Assembly (NCBI GenBank): GCA_977017645.1
Contig: OZ360239.1
Coordinates: forward strand, 34,782,001 to 34,846,000
Source: Torpedo marmorata
Taxonomy: Eukaryota
Direction: 5' to 3'
Length of the DNA: 64,000 nt
In this document: piece after piece, positions 51,923 through 64,000 of the stretch
How the letters are laid out: every line of letters starts with the position of its first letter
How positions within the stretch are numbered: the stretch's first letter is position 1
Position numbers and translations under genes: made by a program
Notes under the pieces: model-generated
The model's input: only the letters and a program-made list of their open reading frames with translations
Database searches by the model: none
Told to the model about the DNA's origin: nothing

Positions 51923-52809
51923 CCCAATAATATTAATTACCATAGAATTTGCATTTTTCAGAAATAACCGTTCTATAAATCAATTCCATTATTGAAACGT
52001 AACATTTGCTGATATCACTGGATCGCACGACTGCTCCATTCGCAGCCCGGAGCCACGAATGTTCACAATTACACTGTAAAAACAGAAGGAACGCCCCAGA
52101 CCGAGAGAGATCTGTCAGACTGGAATGAAAAATTCTCCCAATTTTCATATTATCAAAAATACAATCGGAAGGACATTTGAAATATAGATTCCTTTTCGAT
52201 TAGATTCTTTTAAATTTTGGCATAAAGATTTTCCAATTGTTCCACATTATCCCACATTATCAACTTAATCTAACTCCCTTTACAATGCTGTCATTATTAA
52301 TGGCCCTGTTTCCTGATTTCCACTGAGCAGGAACTACTTAGGAGACAGTCACATAGTCAAGTGACCTATACCGCAGCCTATCGTTCATTAAAACATAAAA
52401 CAACCAAACACATCAATGTCACCACGTGCGCCCATTGGGCCTCAACTATTGTCTCACTGTATTGCATCATTTTCTTCTAAAGTAAGAATATGTTTATAAT
52501 GTTACAAACATCAACAATCAATCAGGTACTTACTTTAACCTAATCATCCCTTCGCTTGTGTAAAGTTCAAAATTTCCGCACTGACTGCTGTTTTTGATTG
52601 GCTGCAACTCAAACCTACATGCAAATCAGCCAACGCCAGCGGCTGGGCAGGAGATCAATACAGGTTTACGGGACACAGAGAATGCATTCAGCCCGTGCAT
52701 GCTCAGGGAAAACGACCGCAGAACAAAGCCAGAAGAATATACGTCCACTAACACTTCTTCAAACGCCAGTCAGACAATTAAGTTTGTGTTCTTTTTTTAT
52801 GAACCCAGA

Positions 52810-53074
52810 ATGAGCAACAAAGACGACATTACAAAGTGTTCCCCAGCCCCGATCTCTAGCTTTACCATACAGTCCATACTTGGGACCTCGTCGAAGGAAG
52901 AACGCACAGGTTGCAAAGACAATGCAAAAGTAAATGCTAGGAAGCGATGTTTGTCGGATTCTTCGGAGGAAGAGTTAACCGAGGAAGGATACAAAGATCT
53001 AGACTGCTTCTGTTCGGACTCTGGTCCCGGAGAACCTTGTCGCACACATCAGACCAGCAGCTACACGTGTGTGA
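52810..53074 (+). CDS. HMX2: HMX2 (NKX5-2) coding exon 1
   Basis: ATG at 52810; MSNKDDITKCSPAPISSFTIQSILG contains eh1-type FTIQSIL. Only the donor GTGA|gtaagt (after 53074, phase 1) keeps frame with exon 2. Confidence 0.9.
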
Positions 53075-54083
53075 GTAAGTAAAACAAAATGTTTTATGTG
53101 TATCGAGCACTCGTAACCTCTGGTATTTTTATATGTAGTTTTAGACAGTAATTTTATTTGAAAAATATTGCTCACCTCTAATATAGTATTTAAATTGAAA
53201 CGTTTAAGCTTTATATATAGTGCCGTAGTCTAACTCATAAACGTCTCTTGCACGATAACGCCCACGAATAGACTAACATTTTACTGACATTATATCAAAA
53301 ATCAAACAATGAAAAAACTCGGTGGATCATTCGTACACGCTGACACGTTGGATTAATGTAGTCAGTGGAGGTATATTAAATGCATATAAAAAGCAATAAC
53401 CGCAGATTTTGTTGCGGATAGGAAGCATTCACATGATTGATTTTTGAAGCCTGCAATTTGGTATTTCATAAATTCATATGACAGTTCGGTAGAAAGAATG
53501 CAAAGATTTGACTGCAGTAGATACGTTATGACGGAAGCCCAGGTACCAGACAAGGACAGCAGCCTTGACATCGTTCACGCTGCGTTGATTTCAGGCTATA
53601 ATATTATGTACTTACAACAACAACAAGACTACTTATTTTGTAAATTACTGCACAAATGAGGAAAGGTGTTTTCCCTTCCTCTTTTCATTAAGAGTTAGCT
53701 AAGTATAAACAAAGGAATCAACTACCCAAATGTCGCAAAATTATGACAGTACACTTTGCGTCTACAGGTGAGATATTAAAGGTTGTACATTAATGTAGAA
53801 AATAAATTACACTATGTTAGCCTTTGGGTGATAATTCAGAGATGGAAACTGTTTCTTTGCCGCCCAATATTTCAAACTCCGTCCACCTATGAAACTTCAT
53901 GCAGGTATCCCTGCATTCAAACGAAAAAAATAACCAAATGAACGTAAACACTGTATGTTGTCACATTATTCTTGGCGTGTGAACAGCAAGAGTTTTATTT
54001 TAATTTATAAAGATAGTGAAAATGTGAGTAGTGCAAAGACCAGTGAAGTAATATCTGAAAAGTTTCACTTTTCTACATTTTAG

Positions 54084-54619
54084 ATAATTCTAAAGGAGTT
54101 GGCACCGCTGGGCAGGAAAACACGGAGAGAAGGCAGCAATACCTGTCGCAAGATGGTCAGATTTACAAGGAAGAAAAGGAGAAAAATTGCATGCAGACAT
54201 CAGACAGACAGAGGGAGACAGACAGACAAGGGAATCCGGCCAAAAAGAAGACACGTACGGTGTTCTCCCGGAGCCAAGTCTACCAACTAGAATCTACGTT
54301 CGACATGAAACGTTACCTGAGCAGCTCTGAAAGAGCCTGCCTCGCCACCAGCCTCCAGCTCACAGAGACCCAGGTCAAAACCTGGTTTCAGAACCGCAGG
54401 AACAAGTGGAAGAGGCAGCTCTCAGCAGAACTCGAGGCAGCTAATATGGCCCACGCATCAGCGCAGACTCTTGTAGGAATGCCTCTAGTTTTCAGAGACA
54501 ACTCCCTTTTGAGGGTTCCAGTTCCCAGATCAATTGCATTCCCAGCTCCTTTGTACTATCCAGGCAGCAACGTTACAACTCTCCCCTTCTACAATCTCTA
54601 CAACAAAATTGAATACTGA
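54084..54619 (+). CDS. HMX2: HMX2 coding exon 2 (homeodomain); spliced product 266 aa
   Basis: Acceptor ttttctacattttag ends at 54083. Homeodomain [59 protein letters not shown] has the HMX2-type VKTWF; followed by [24 protein letters not shown] and [17 protein letters not shown]. Lies in tandem downstream of HMX3 as in other vertebrates. Confidence 0.97.
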
Positions 54620-55044
54620 CATTTTCTGTCCAGGTCTCTTTATAATTGTTTAACAATTAAATTGTATATTTATATATTATCCGTACCTGTTTAAAATATA
54701 TCTTTCTTATATGCAATCATTTGCATAATTACAAAGACAATGTGCTTCTATATAAAATGTATTAAATATACAGTGTATATATGGATAAAGTTGCAGTTTC
54801 TTATTTGATGATCATTTCTTATAAATGAAGATGAGTGCATCACGTTAAAATGGGCATTCCAAAATAGTTATTTCAGGATAGAAAAACAAAAAGAAAATGA
54901 CGCACTATTTTCACCCTCCAAATATTTCTTAATGCGTAGCAGGAAATGACAAAACAGACATCTGGCGTGAACGCATTGCTCGAATTTCGTAATAGATTTC
55001 TATTTTAGTCAGAGCACCAATTCTTTTTATGATAAGGGAGTTAA

Positions 55045-55165
55045 CAGAAAACAGATGCTGGTGTTTGGTGCAAAACATCTGCTGGAGGAATCAACGGGAC
55101 AGACAGCATCTGTGGAGGGAAAGAGACGTTGACGTTTCGGGTGGAGACTCTGCATCAGGACAGAG
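55045..55165 (-). mobile_element. Penelope-like pLTR remnant downstream of HMX2
   Basis: cagatgctgg...tgctggaggaatcaac...gacgtttcgggtggagactctgcatcagg; minus strand gives CTGATGC...GAAACGTC, a variant hammerhead core. Confidence 0.7.
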
Positions 55166-57639
55166 AACGAATAAAATGCATGCTGACGCTTTGCGTGGTT
55201 TGCTTTCAAAACTTCGAGTACTATTTTATTGGGCAGCACAGAAACATCATTGAATAACGCTTGTTATAGTTTTGCATCAGGAAATACAGGCAGGAGTGTG
55301 TGGCACGTATAACCTTACTTAAGGATATTTTGTTTCAAGGGCAAATTAATAAATTGAAAACATGAAATATAAAATTTAAGTAGAGCATTGGGCGTAATGC
55401 TGCTTAAACTTTATCAAACAAAATTATCTGAATGTGATGTTATCACCTAACCGTGAAGTGTTTTGTACCAAGGATTTTTATAGATAACAGTTCAGAATCT
55501 CATCACTTGACACAAGATCCCAAACAATTAACAACAAACTAGATGGAAAATTTAATAACGCAATTAAAGACATTCAAAACATTTTTACAACGTTTTAAGT
55601 GCCTTTCATTAATAAGGTAAATAAATTAAAGTTTGGCATTTTCGGAGTAACAATTTTGGGAAAAGATTAATTAAGAGTAAATAATTAAATTGTTAGAAAA
55701 CGGTAATTCTTAATCTATAAAATCAAATTTTGACGATACTTAATCCGGCTGCAAACATGTTAAAACCCATTTCATTATTTTCGTTAAATAAATGACAATC
55801 TTAATAGAAAAAAAGCAATGTCTGCATTGTTGAAGTAACCATATGGACTGGAATCAATTGTCCCGGATAAGCTAAAAATGAGATAATGTAGCAGCTCTCT
55901 TGAAAATAACTTCGAAATATGTTTTATAACAATTTATTAACGGTAAGTATACATTTGCTTGATCCTGTAAGGCTAAACAATCAAGGATACTGCGAGAGTA
56001 ACTTTGAAAATATTTTCGTGTATTTTACGCTTACATGACAAGCTACAATTCACACATAACCATTTTTATTTTGGTATGACAGACGTACTGTTTACTTAAA
56101 ACATTCTAAATGAACTATCAATGCCATCAACTATGAGTGAAATCAACTGACAATCATGATGCACGATCATTTAAAAATTACTGGACGTTCTACCTGCTTA
56201 TATAATGGAAATATATTTCACTAGTATAAATCAAACTGGTACAAAACTTATCGTCGAAACGAAATGTAATATTGTTTAGTTAACAGTTGGAAGGATGTAC
56301 TATTGAATGTTTACCATATAATGAAATGCCTTATGCATGTTTTATCTTTGCCAAAAAATTAGCGGGAACTCCCACCTACATGCTGCGTAATTGTGCAGCA
56401 TGGTGCACCAAGAGTTAATTTAATTAAATTAACTATTGAGTCTCCTGTTAGATTATTAGATCGTAATTTCAATTTTTGCTATGATCTCCGAAACCATTGC
56501 ACGAATCAAATATTTCAGAAACACGTTAAAGGCTGCAACACACCATGCTATATTTAATATAATACTTAAATGTAACATTTATTAAAAAATTGACAACACT
56601 AAATCAAAATAACAAAGTAATGTAGGAGTGGGGGAATGAAACCAGTGAGATCGTTTGACTGGAAGCTGACACAGACTCAATGGGCTGAATGGTCCCATCC
56701 TGTGCCGTAACGTGTCTATACATCACAGAATTACAGAAGTAACGACCATTACTCATTATTTTATGCCTGGATATTTATGGATTACCAAAATAATCCAAAA
56801 ATATGCTCAGGTCGGAGTGGAACTGAGTATACAAAATGGTAAGTTTTTAAAAAAATAAGGAACATACCCGTCATTTGAATAAAAATATCTCAACCAGTAT
56901 TGATATTATCTTGAAACGTACTATTTGCAAATAATATTTCGTGTGGGGAACAAGAAAAAAATATTATGGTGAACTGCGAACAATGAAAGGAAAGCGCCCT
57001 TTATTTGCAGAGATTAGAGAATACCATTACTGGTTATTATTATTACTGATACCAAAAATGCATAACTTAAACGAAAGGTACACGTTTTTGTCTAATTCAA
57101 ATTATGACCATTGCCTATCAACACGTAATGTGAATGTATTTATGAATTGCGTTAAGTGTCAATGTAAGTTTGAATAACATACATGGTTAAAATGCACATT
57201 GGTATTGGATGTCCTGATTATAGTAGATAACAACATACTAAGGTAACCTTCATCTATAATGCATTAATGTTACATTTTAATTACTTTAATACTACTGACA
57301 CCGTCAACATACAGGTATTCCTTATGAATTCACGTGACCCTGTTTCAATTTCATTAAAACTGGAAGAATTACTTCCTCCGGAGGCGAACTGGAAATCATA
57401 GTAATGTAGCAGCTTTCGATTAGTATTAAAGATCCACAAATATTAACATCTAAAGCTGCAAAACATTATAAAGTTAAACGTTGTATTCTTGACCTGAATG
57501 CAAAACTCTAACATACTTAATGGCTTTCTCCTTTACAGTATTTTACTGTACAGATAAAAAGTCTAAATTAAAATCTATCCCTTATTTGCAATTTCTCTTG
57601 TTCAAGTTGAGATTTTGCAGCTGAAACCCTGCCAAACGA

Positions 57640-58140
57640 CAGTACTGTAGATCGTCACGTGAACAGCGGCTCGGCTCGGGTGGAGGGACTTACGTCATAT
57701 CCCCAGTGACGTCGGAGCGTCCTGTTTCAAACTGGCCAATCAGGAGGAAGAATTGTGAGCGCGCTGCAAGGCTTCGGGTTCTGTGCCATTGCATTATATT
57801 TTGAAAAGGGAGGTTGAGGAGAAGGAAGCAGCAAAGGTAGGTCGTGGCCACAGAATGAAGCCAGTAGCAAGGCGAAGGCATTGGAAGGTCGATGCTGTGC
57901 CCCTGGCGTCGCGGCTGCAGCCAGTTGAGGTCGGTGTAGGCCGCAGGGGCCGAGGCAGGCCGCATCGCCGCCGACGTAGCGGCTTGTAGGTAAAGCCCGT
58001 GGCCGGAGTCGTCCCATGGCGCACTCGGCAAGTATCCGGCGTTGTCCGGGGCCACGACACCATTCAGGGTTCGGTGGGAAAATGAACGCCGATCAGACAC
58101 GAGCTTGATTTCGGGGCCATTTTATTGATGAGTGGCCGCC
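57640..58140 (+). promoter_or_regulatory. CpG-island promoter and probable non-coding first exon (to ~57989) of the next gene, likely BUB3
   Basis: Sharp GC/CpG rise; CACGTG, TTACGTCA and TGACGTC sites, GGCCAATCAG (CCAAT at 57736), CHR-like TTCAAA (57726) and TTTGAA (57800), donor-like TAG|gtaaag at 57990. BUB3 identity rests only on the known HMX3-HMX2-BUB3 order; I found no BUB3 coding exon in the window. Confidence 0.6.
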
Positions 58141-58261
58141 GGATTATTCCCTTTGTTCGCTCAACGTGGTGCTCTTTAAAGTTAACATAAATCACGCGGC
58201 TTTTTAAAATCATTTGTCTGAATTTGTTTTTGGGTTTCCCCTTTTACTTATGGTTTTTAAT

Positions 58262-58920
58262 ATAGAGTTTCATAACACGGAAACAGGCCCTTCGGGCCAA
58301 TTTGCCCATGCCGACCAAGGTAATCCTATTTGCCTGCATTCGGACCATATCCCTCTAAATTATACCTATCCGGGTATCTCTTAATGCCTTTTGAATGTTA
58401 TAATTGTCCCCACACTGGCAGTTCGTTCCATATACCCACCACCTATGTGATGAAAGAGCTTCTCAGGTCCCTTTCACCTTAAAGGTGTGCCTTCTAGTTT
58501 TAGGTTTACCTACTCTGGGGGCAAATGTTATAACTATGTACCTATCTATTGCCCCTCATGATTTTATAAACCTCCATAAGGTCTTCCTTAGCCAATGCTC
58601 CAAGGAGAAACGTCACAGCCTCTCCTTGTAATTGAAACCTAACAGTCCTGGCAGTGTTCTTATAATCATTTCTGTATCCTTTCCAATTTAACAATATCTT
58701 GTAGTTGGGTGAGCAAAACTGCACACAGTATGCTGTGTGGTCTTACCAATATCCTGTACAGTTGTGAATTGTTCCTGCTCCTGTACTCAATGCCCTGACT
58801 GATGAAGGCAAGTGTGGCAAATGATGCCTTCATCACCCTGTCTTCCTGTGTTGCCTCTTTCATGGAATTATGCACCTGTATTTTTTTTATTTACAACACT
58901 CCCTTGGGCCCTATGTAAGT
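58262..58920 (-). mobile_element. Decayed CR1 3' fragment
   Basis: LAFISQGIEYRS...LYRILVRPH and DLMEVYKIMRG. Confidence 0.85.
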
Positions 58921-59799
58921 CATGACCTGGTTTAACCAACCAAGTGCAACACCTTACTCTCTCCCTCAAAAGTAAATACATGATACAGTAAAATCCCTGG
59001 TATCTGGCACCTATGGGGATTGGTATATGTTGGATAAGTGTATTTTCCGGTTGCTTGAGACTGGCTCTTACAATGCCTAATACACTTGCATTAAGAATAA
59101 ACAGTTTAAAAGACAAAAATACTATACTGTACTTACACTGAACAAACTTCACTTGCATAAATATATAAACCTTAAAGCATTTTACTTTATTTTCAGTCAC
59201 ATTCTTTGAAAACATTTCACAGTCGCTGCATCTGCAGGTTCCTCCCCCTCCTTGGAGCCACCCGAAAGATGGACAATAACATTATAGATAATTAACCCCC
59301 CTCCCCCAAGTTTACAGATAAAGCCTCTGATCAGGGTGACTCTTACTAAGCAGGGATAAGGAGACACTTTTTAAGAGAGTCACCCCAATGGTGAGCGGCA
59401 TCAATCAGCCTTCACCCTGAACGAGGCCATTGCTGTTTCACACAACCTTATTCAAACAGCTGCTATGACCAAAGCATAAGCAAGGAACTCTGCTGGCTGC
59501 ATATTTGCTCCCATCTTCACCAAACTTCCGTCTTCAGAGAACATTTACTTTTACAGTTTTAAACTTGTGTATTTTTTACCTATTATTATTTATTTTAATT
59601 TTTAAAATTTATTTTCCTCGTTTTTTTTTGCTGGTTGCTTGAGGCTGCCAGTTGCTTGAATTCTGGATACCAGGGGTTTTACTGTACATGTCCATTAACG
59701 TTCTCTCTCTGTCACTGGCGTTTATGTTTCTTGCACCGATGACTGGAAACTTCTTCCTAGACAATCATGGGCCTTGAAAAGGAGGACATGGCAGATACA

Positions 59800-61800
59800 T
59801 TACATTTTTTTCTTGCCCATCTGCCTTCACTAGAGGACACTGCAAACATTTCTCAGAAAGCAGATGGACTACTTTGTTAAAATCTTACTCACAAGGGATA
59901 AAGGGCATCAAAGAAAGAAACATGGGGTCAAATTATTGGATGCAATAGCTTATGTGCAAGGAGTTTTGAAGGAAGTGCCTACTGAGGTAGTGGAGCCTTG
60001 TTTGAAATTTTTCTGGTACCCTCCCACATTTGCTTAAAAGCAACCAATGTGACTTCCTTGTCCAAAAGAGGAGCCAGTTATTTTAGATGCTAGAGTCAAA
60101 AATCAAAAGAAATTATTTGGGAAAGCTAAATATAATCAAACCTAGTCACTGAGGTTATGAAAGGTAAATTGTGTTTAACGTTTGCATGAATTCTTTTGGA
60201 GATGTGACAGGCAGAGTTGATTGAGGGGAACTGTAGATGTAGTGTATTTAGATTTCCAAAAAGTGTTCTACAAAGTACTACATAAGAGGGCGATGCATAA
60301 ATTAGGAGCTCAAGATACTGGAGGAAGTGTATTTGCATAGATTGATGCTGGCTGTCACATAGAAAAGTTGAAATTAATGGGCCCTTTTCAGGATGGATGT
60401 ACTAATGGGGTACCCCAGGGATCAGTTCTTTGTCCTCAGTTGTTTGTTATTTACATTAATGAGTTAGAAGAGGGAACAAAATTGAACGTTTTTAAAATTT
60501 TGACAATGAAATGAAAATAGAGAGAAGGTCATGTTGTGATGAGAGCATTGTGACTGTAATAATATACAGGTTTGAGTGATTGGGTAAAAGCCTGGCAAAT
60601 AAAGTTTAATCTGGGCAAGTGCAATGTCATGTATTGTGGTAAGAGGAATCAAAAAGTGGAGAAAAGCTGCCTATGAATAAAGTTCAGAGGGATCTTGGTA
60701 TTGCAATGCAAGAATTATGATAAACTCTACTAATGGAACTCAGTAGGTTGAGCAGCATCAGTGGGAGAGAAAGAATGGTCAACGTTTTGAATTAGAACCC
60801 TTCATCAAGATTGAGTGCAGAATCAGAATTTATTGTTATGAATATGTCATGAAATTCGTTGTTTTGTGGCAGCATCACAGTGAAAACATTTCTATAAACC
60901 ACATTTCAAAATAAATAAAATAGTGGAAGAAAAAAACAAAGTGAGGTAGTGTCTCTGGTTGATTGTTCATTAAAAAATCTGATGGCAGAGGGCAAGAAGC
61001 TGCCCTTGTGCCGCTGGGTGCTCGTCTTCAGGCTCCTGTACTTTTTTACCAATGGTAGCAGAGTGAAGAGGGCATGGCCTGGGTGGTGGGGGTCCTTGAG
61101 GATGGAGGCTGCTTTCTTAAGACACCGCCTCTTGTAGATGTCCTCGATGGAGTGAAGACTGGTGCCCTTGATGTCGTAGGCCGAGTTAACAATCCTCTGG
61201 AGTTTTTTCCTGTCCTGAGCATTGGCACCTTGTAGAGGGGAGATAGCTGGGATAATAATGACAGGCTAGGAGGGGTTAAAATGGGCCAGTAGGGGATATA
61301 TCCAGTCACAAAAAGTTAGCAGGGTATAACAAGTAACTAAGAAGTTAAATGATATTTAGGCCTTTATTGTGGAAATGGTTGGAGTTTAAGAATGGTGAGG
61401 TTTTATCACAATTTTACAAGGTGTTGGTGAGGCCTCTCCTAGAATGCTGTGCATAGTATATGGTAGCATTGGAGGAGTTGAGAGGAGATTCTCCTGGCTA
61501 ATACTAGGGATGAGAGTGTTGTCCTGTCATGATAGGCTAGACAGTTGGGTCCTGGAATTTAGGAGGATGATTGTTGACCTTGATCAATATCCTAAGGGGG
61601 CTTGATGATGAAAGAGTCATGAACAAGTGAACATAGCTACTGAATAAGGGGTAGTCATTTAAACTGAGGTAGAAGTTTATTGGAATTCTCTGCCTCCAAA
61701 GTTGGCAGAGACCAGATCATTGGATATATTTAAGGTGGAAACATTAAGGAATTGAATGTTATGAGGAACTGGCACAGAAGAAGAGTAGAGGCAAGCATAG
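59800..61800 (+). mobile_element. Old CR1 LINE interrupted by pLTR and Rex-type inserts (~60720-61230)
   Basis: gtagtgtatttagatttccaaaa (VVYLDFQK), ggggtaccccagggatcagt (GVPQGS), ttggtgaggcctctcctagaatgc. Confidence 0.75.
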
Positions 61801-61804
61801 ATCA

Positions 61805-62730
61805 GCTCAAGTTCAAGTTTATTATCACCTGAATGTACATGTACAACCTGACAAAACAGCATTTCTCTGGACTGTAAACACACGGTACACAGTACATAAT
61901 CATACATAAAGATAAAATTTAAAATAAATATATATAAATATTTTGGGATGATTTACTCAGTTACATCAATCTCAGCCTGCGGGAAGAAGCTATTTCCCAG
62001 CGTGGCAGACCTGATTTTGATGCTCCTGTACCTTATGGTAATGGATCAAATATATTGTGTGCTGGATGGAAGGGGTCTTCTATAATTCTTTGAGCCCTAT
62101 TTAAGCAGCACTCCTGGTAAATGTCATCAATAGAGGAAAGGGAAACCCCAGTGATCTTCTTGGCTGTTTTGGTGATCCTCTGTATCGACTTCCAGTCAAA
62201 TGCTTTGCAGCTACCATACCGCGCAATGATGCAGCCAAACTGGACACACTCAGTTGTGCTCCTGTGAAAAGTTGTCAAGATGGGGGCCAGTAGCCTTGCC
62301 CTCCTCAGCCTGCTGAGGAAGTGTGCACGCTGCTGCGCCTTCCTGACTAATGAGGAGGCGTTGTGGGTCCAGGATTGGCCATCCTTTATATGCACACTGA
62401 GGAACATTGGGCTCTCCACGACATAACCATTGATGTGTAGTGGAGAGTCCTCCTGAAGTCCACAATCGTCTCCTTTGTCTTGTCCATGTTGCGACACAGG
62501 TTGCTGTTCTTGCACCATCTTATGAGCCTTCCAACCTCGTCTCTAAGTCCAACTACTATTGTATCATCCCTTTTTTGATTTTGTAGAACGGAATCTGGCA
62601 GTGCAGTCATGAGTCAGCAGCATGAACAGTAGTGGGCTGAGCACACAGCCCTGAAGTGCGCCAGAGCTCTGCGTGATAGGACTTGAGGTTTTACCAACCT
62701 GGACTGACTGTGGTCAAGAAGTTCAGAATC
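61805..62730 (-). mobile_element. Rex1/Babar-type LINE 3' ~0.9 kb
   Basis: DDTIVVGL...WCKNSNL...KTKETIVDFRR, KAQQRAHFLSRLRRARL, AQRIIEDPFHPAH; (ttgaac)n tail. Confidence 0.88.
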
Positions 62731-64000
62731 TTGGGGCGTGGTTTGATGGCGTAGGTGGGAGACGTGGAAATACACCTCTCCCCACAGATTTAATCAAAAT
62801 ATGTTTATAAGATACTTTATTTAGTTTTAAAATAAGTTAAGAGTGTTTATTAAAGGCTTAACAATGGCTACAAGAAAAACGAAAGAACAAAAGGCAAGGA
62901 AATTAATGCTTCAACAAAGTTTATTTCAAGAAGATCGGCCTACCGGCTTGATGGAGCCTCATGTTCAAGTTTCTCTCCCTCCTAGAACTATTCGGACGAG
63001 GGCGCCTAGAGCGACTGAAGCGCCGGCGCTGCCGTCCCAGGGAGCTGGGGAAGATGGGGCCGGTGCTTGAAGGAAGACTACAAAACTACAAATCTCAACT
63101 GAGCAACCGCGCATGCGCGAAACGGTGCACATGCGCGATAGACAACGGGAGCTGTCAGATAAGGCTGACGGCAAAGGAGACGTCCCACAATCATCACAAT
63201 ATGTTGTGGGACTTGAAACTGCATCAGATTCAGAAGATAAGAGAGAAGAAAGGAATAATGGAAGAAGAAATGGGAGAAATGGAGGGAGAGGCTGAAGATT
63301 CAAGTGGAGAAATACATGACAAAGAGGATGTCAACGATGGAATATCGTTTGGAACTTAGACAATGGAATTGAAGAAGAAATGAAAGATATTAAGCAAGAT
63401 AAGAGAAGACAGACAAATACTGTGAATACAGTAAAAGTGAAAGTTCAAGAAATTGAAAAAGAGGTTAAAGAACATTATGAAGAAATGGTGGATTATAAAG
63501 ATAGAGTTGATAAAGTAGAAGATTCATTTACAGGTTGGGAGCAGCAAAGAAATGAACTTTTACAAAAGCTGGATGTATTGGACAATCAGAAACCGGAGGA
63601 ACAATATGAAAATTGTGGGATTACCTGAAAATTTCGAAGGGTATGATACGACTGAATTCTTTCAAAAATGGATTCCAGATGCTCTGGGTATTGATAATTT
63701 TCAGTATGGACTGGAGTTAGAGAGAGCACATAGAGTTGGTAGGGGGAAACCGTATGTTGGTCAAACACCACGTTCAGTTTTAGTTAAATGTCTTCGATAT
63801 CCGGATAAAGAGAAGGTATTGAAATTAGCTATTCAAAACGCTAAGTCGCAGAATGGTCCATTGATGGTTCAGGGGAATAGAGTTTTCTTTTATCCTGATT
63901 TGAGTTCAGTTATAGTTAAAAAAACGAAAGGAATTTAATCCAGCAAAAGCGATTTTTTGGAATAAGGGGTATAAGTTTTCGTTTAGATATCCTGCGGTTT
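62731..64000 (+). mobile_element. 5' end of an L1-clade LINE: 5' UTR plus frameshifted ORF1
   Basis: Start ggggcgtgg...gatggcgtagg; ATG at 62864; coiled-coil region; RRM motifs NRRNNMKIVGLPE, LELERAHRV, PRSVLVK, VFFYPDLS. Runs off the window edge. Confidence 0.88.

Noticed and set aside
57690-58100. Several 70-136 aa ORFs on both strands
   Set aside because: Expected in a GC-rich island with few stop codons; no recognisable domain.

Overview
Vertebrate nuclear DNA. The repeat content (HE1/V-type SINEs, CR1, Rex1/Babar, L2, Penelope-like elements) points to a cartilaginous fish, probably a batoid (inference). Positions 1-35 kb and 58.2-64 kb are a dense, nested field of decayed transposons: a BEL/Pao LTR element, CR1, Rex1/Babar, L1-like, L2, Penelope-like elements with hammerhead motifs, and MITEs. 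Between them lies a ~23 kb almost transposon-free, CpG-retaining block with the tandem two-exon homeobox genes HMX3 (42203-43205) and HMX2 (52810-54619). The block ends in a CpG-island promoter with a probable non-coding first exon, which synteny suggests belongs to BUB3. I found no wholly new gene system. The most unusual items are fold-back Penelope derivatives carrying minimal hammerhead ribozymes and target-site duplications, a recent micro-inversion bracketed by a perfect 100-bp inverted duplication, an older inverted repeat between HMX3 and HMX2, and overlapping splice donors in HMX2 that could give a homeodomain-less isoform. All coordinates and identities were read by eye; repeat boundaries are approximate.
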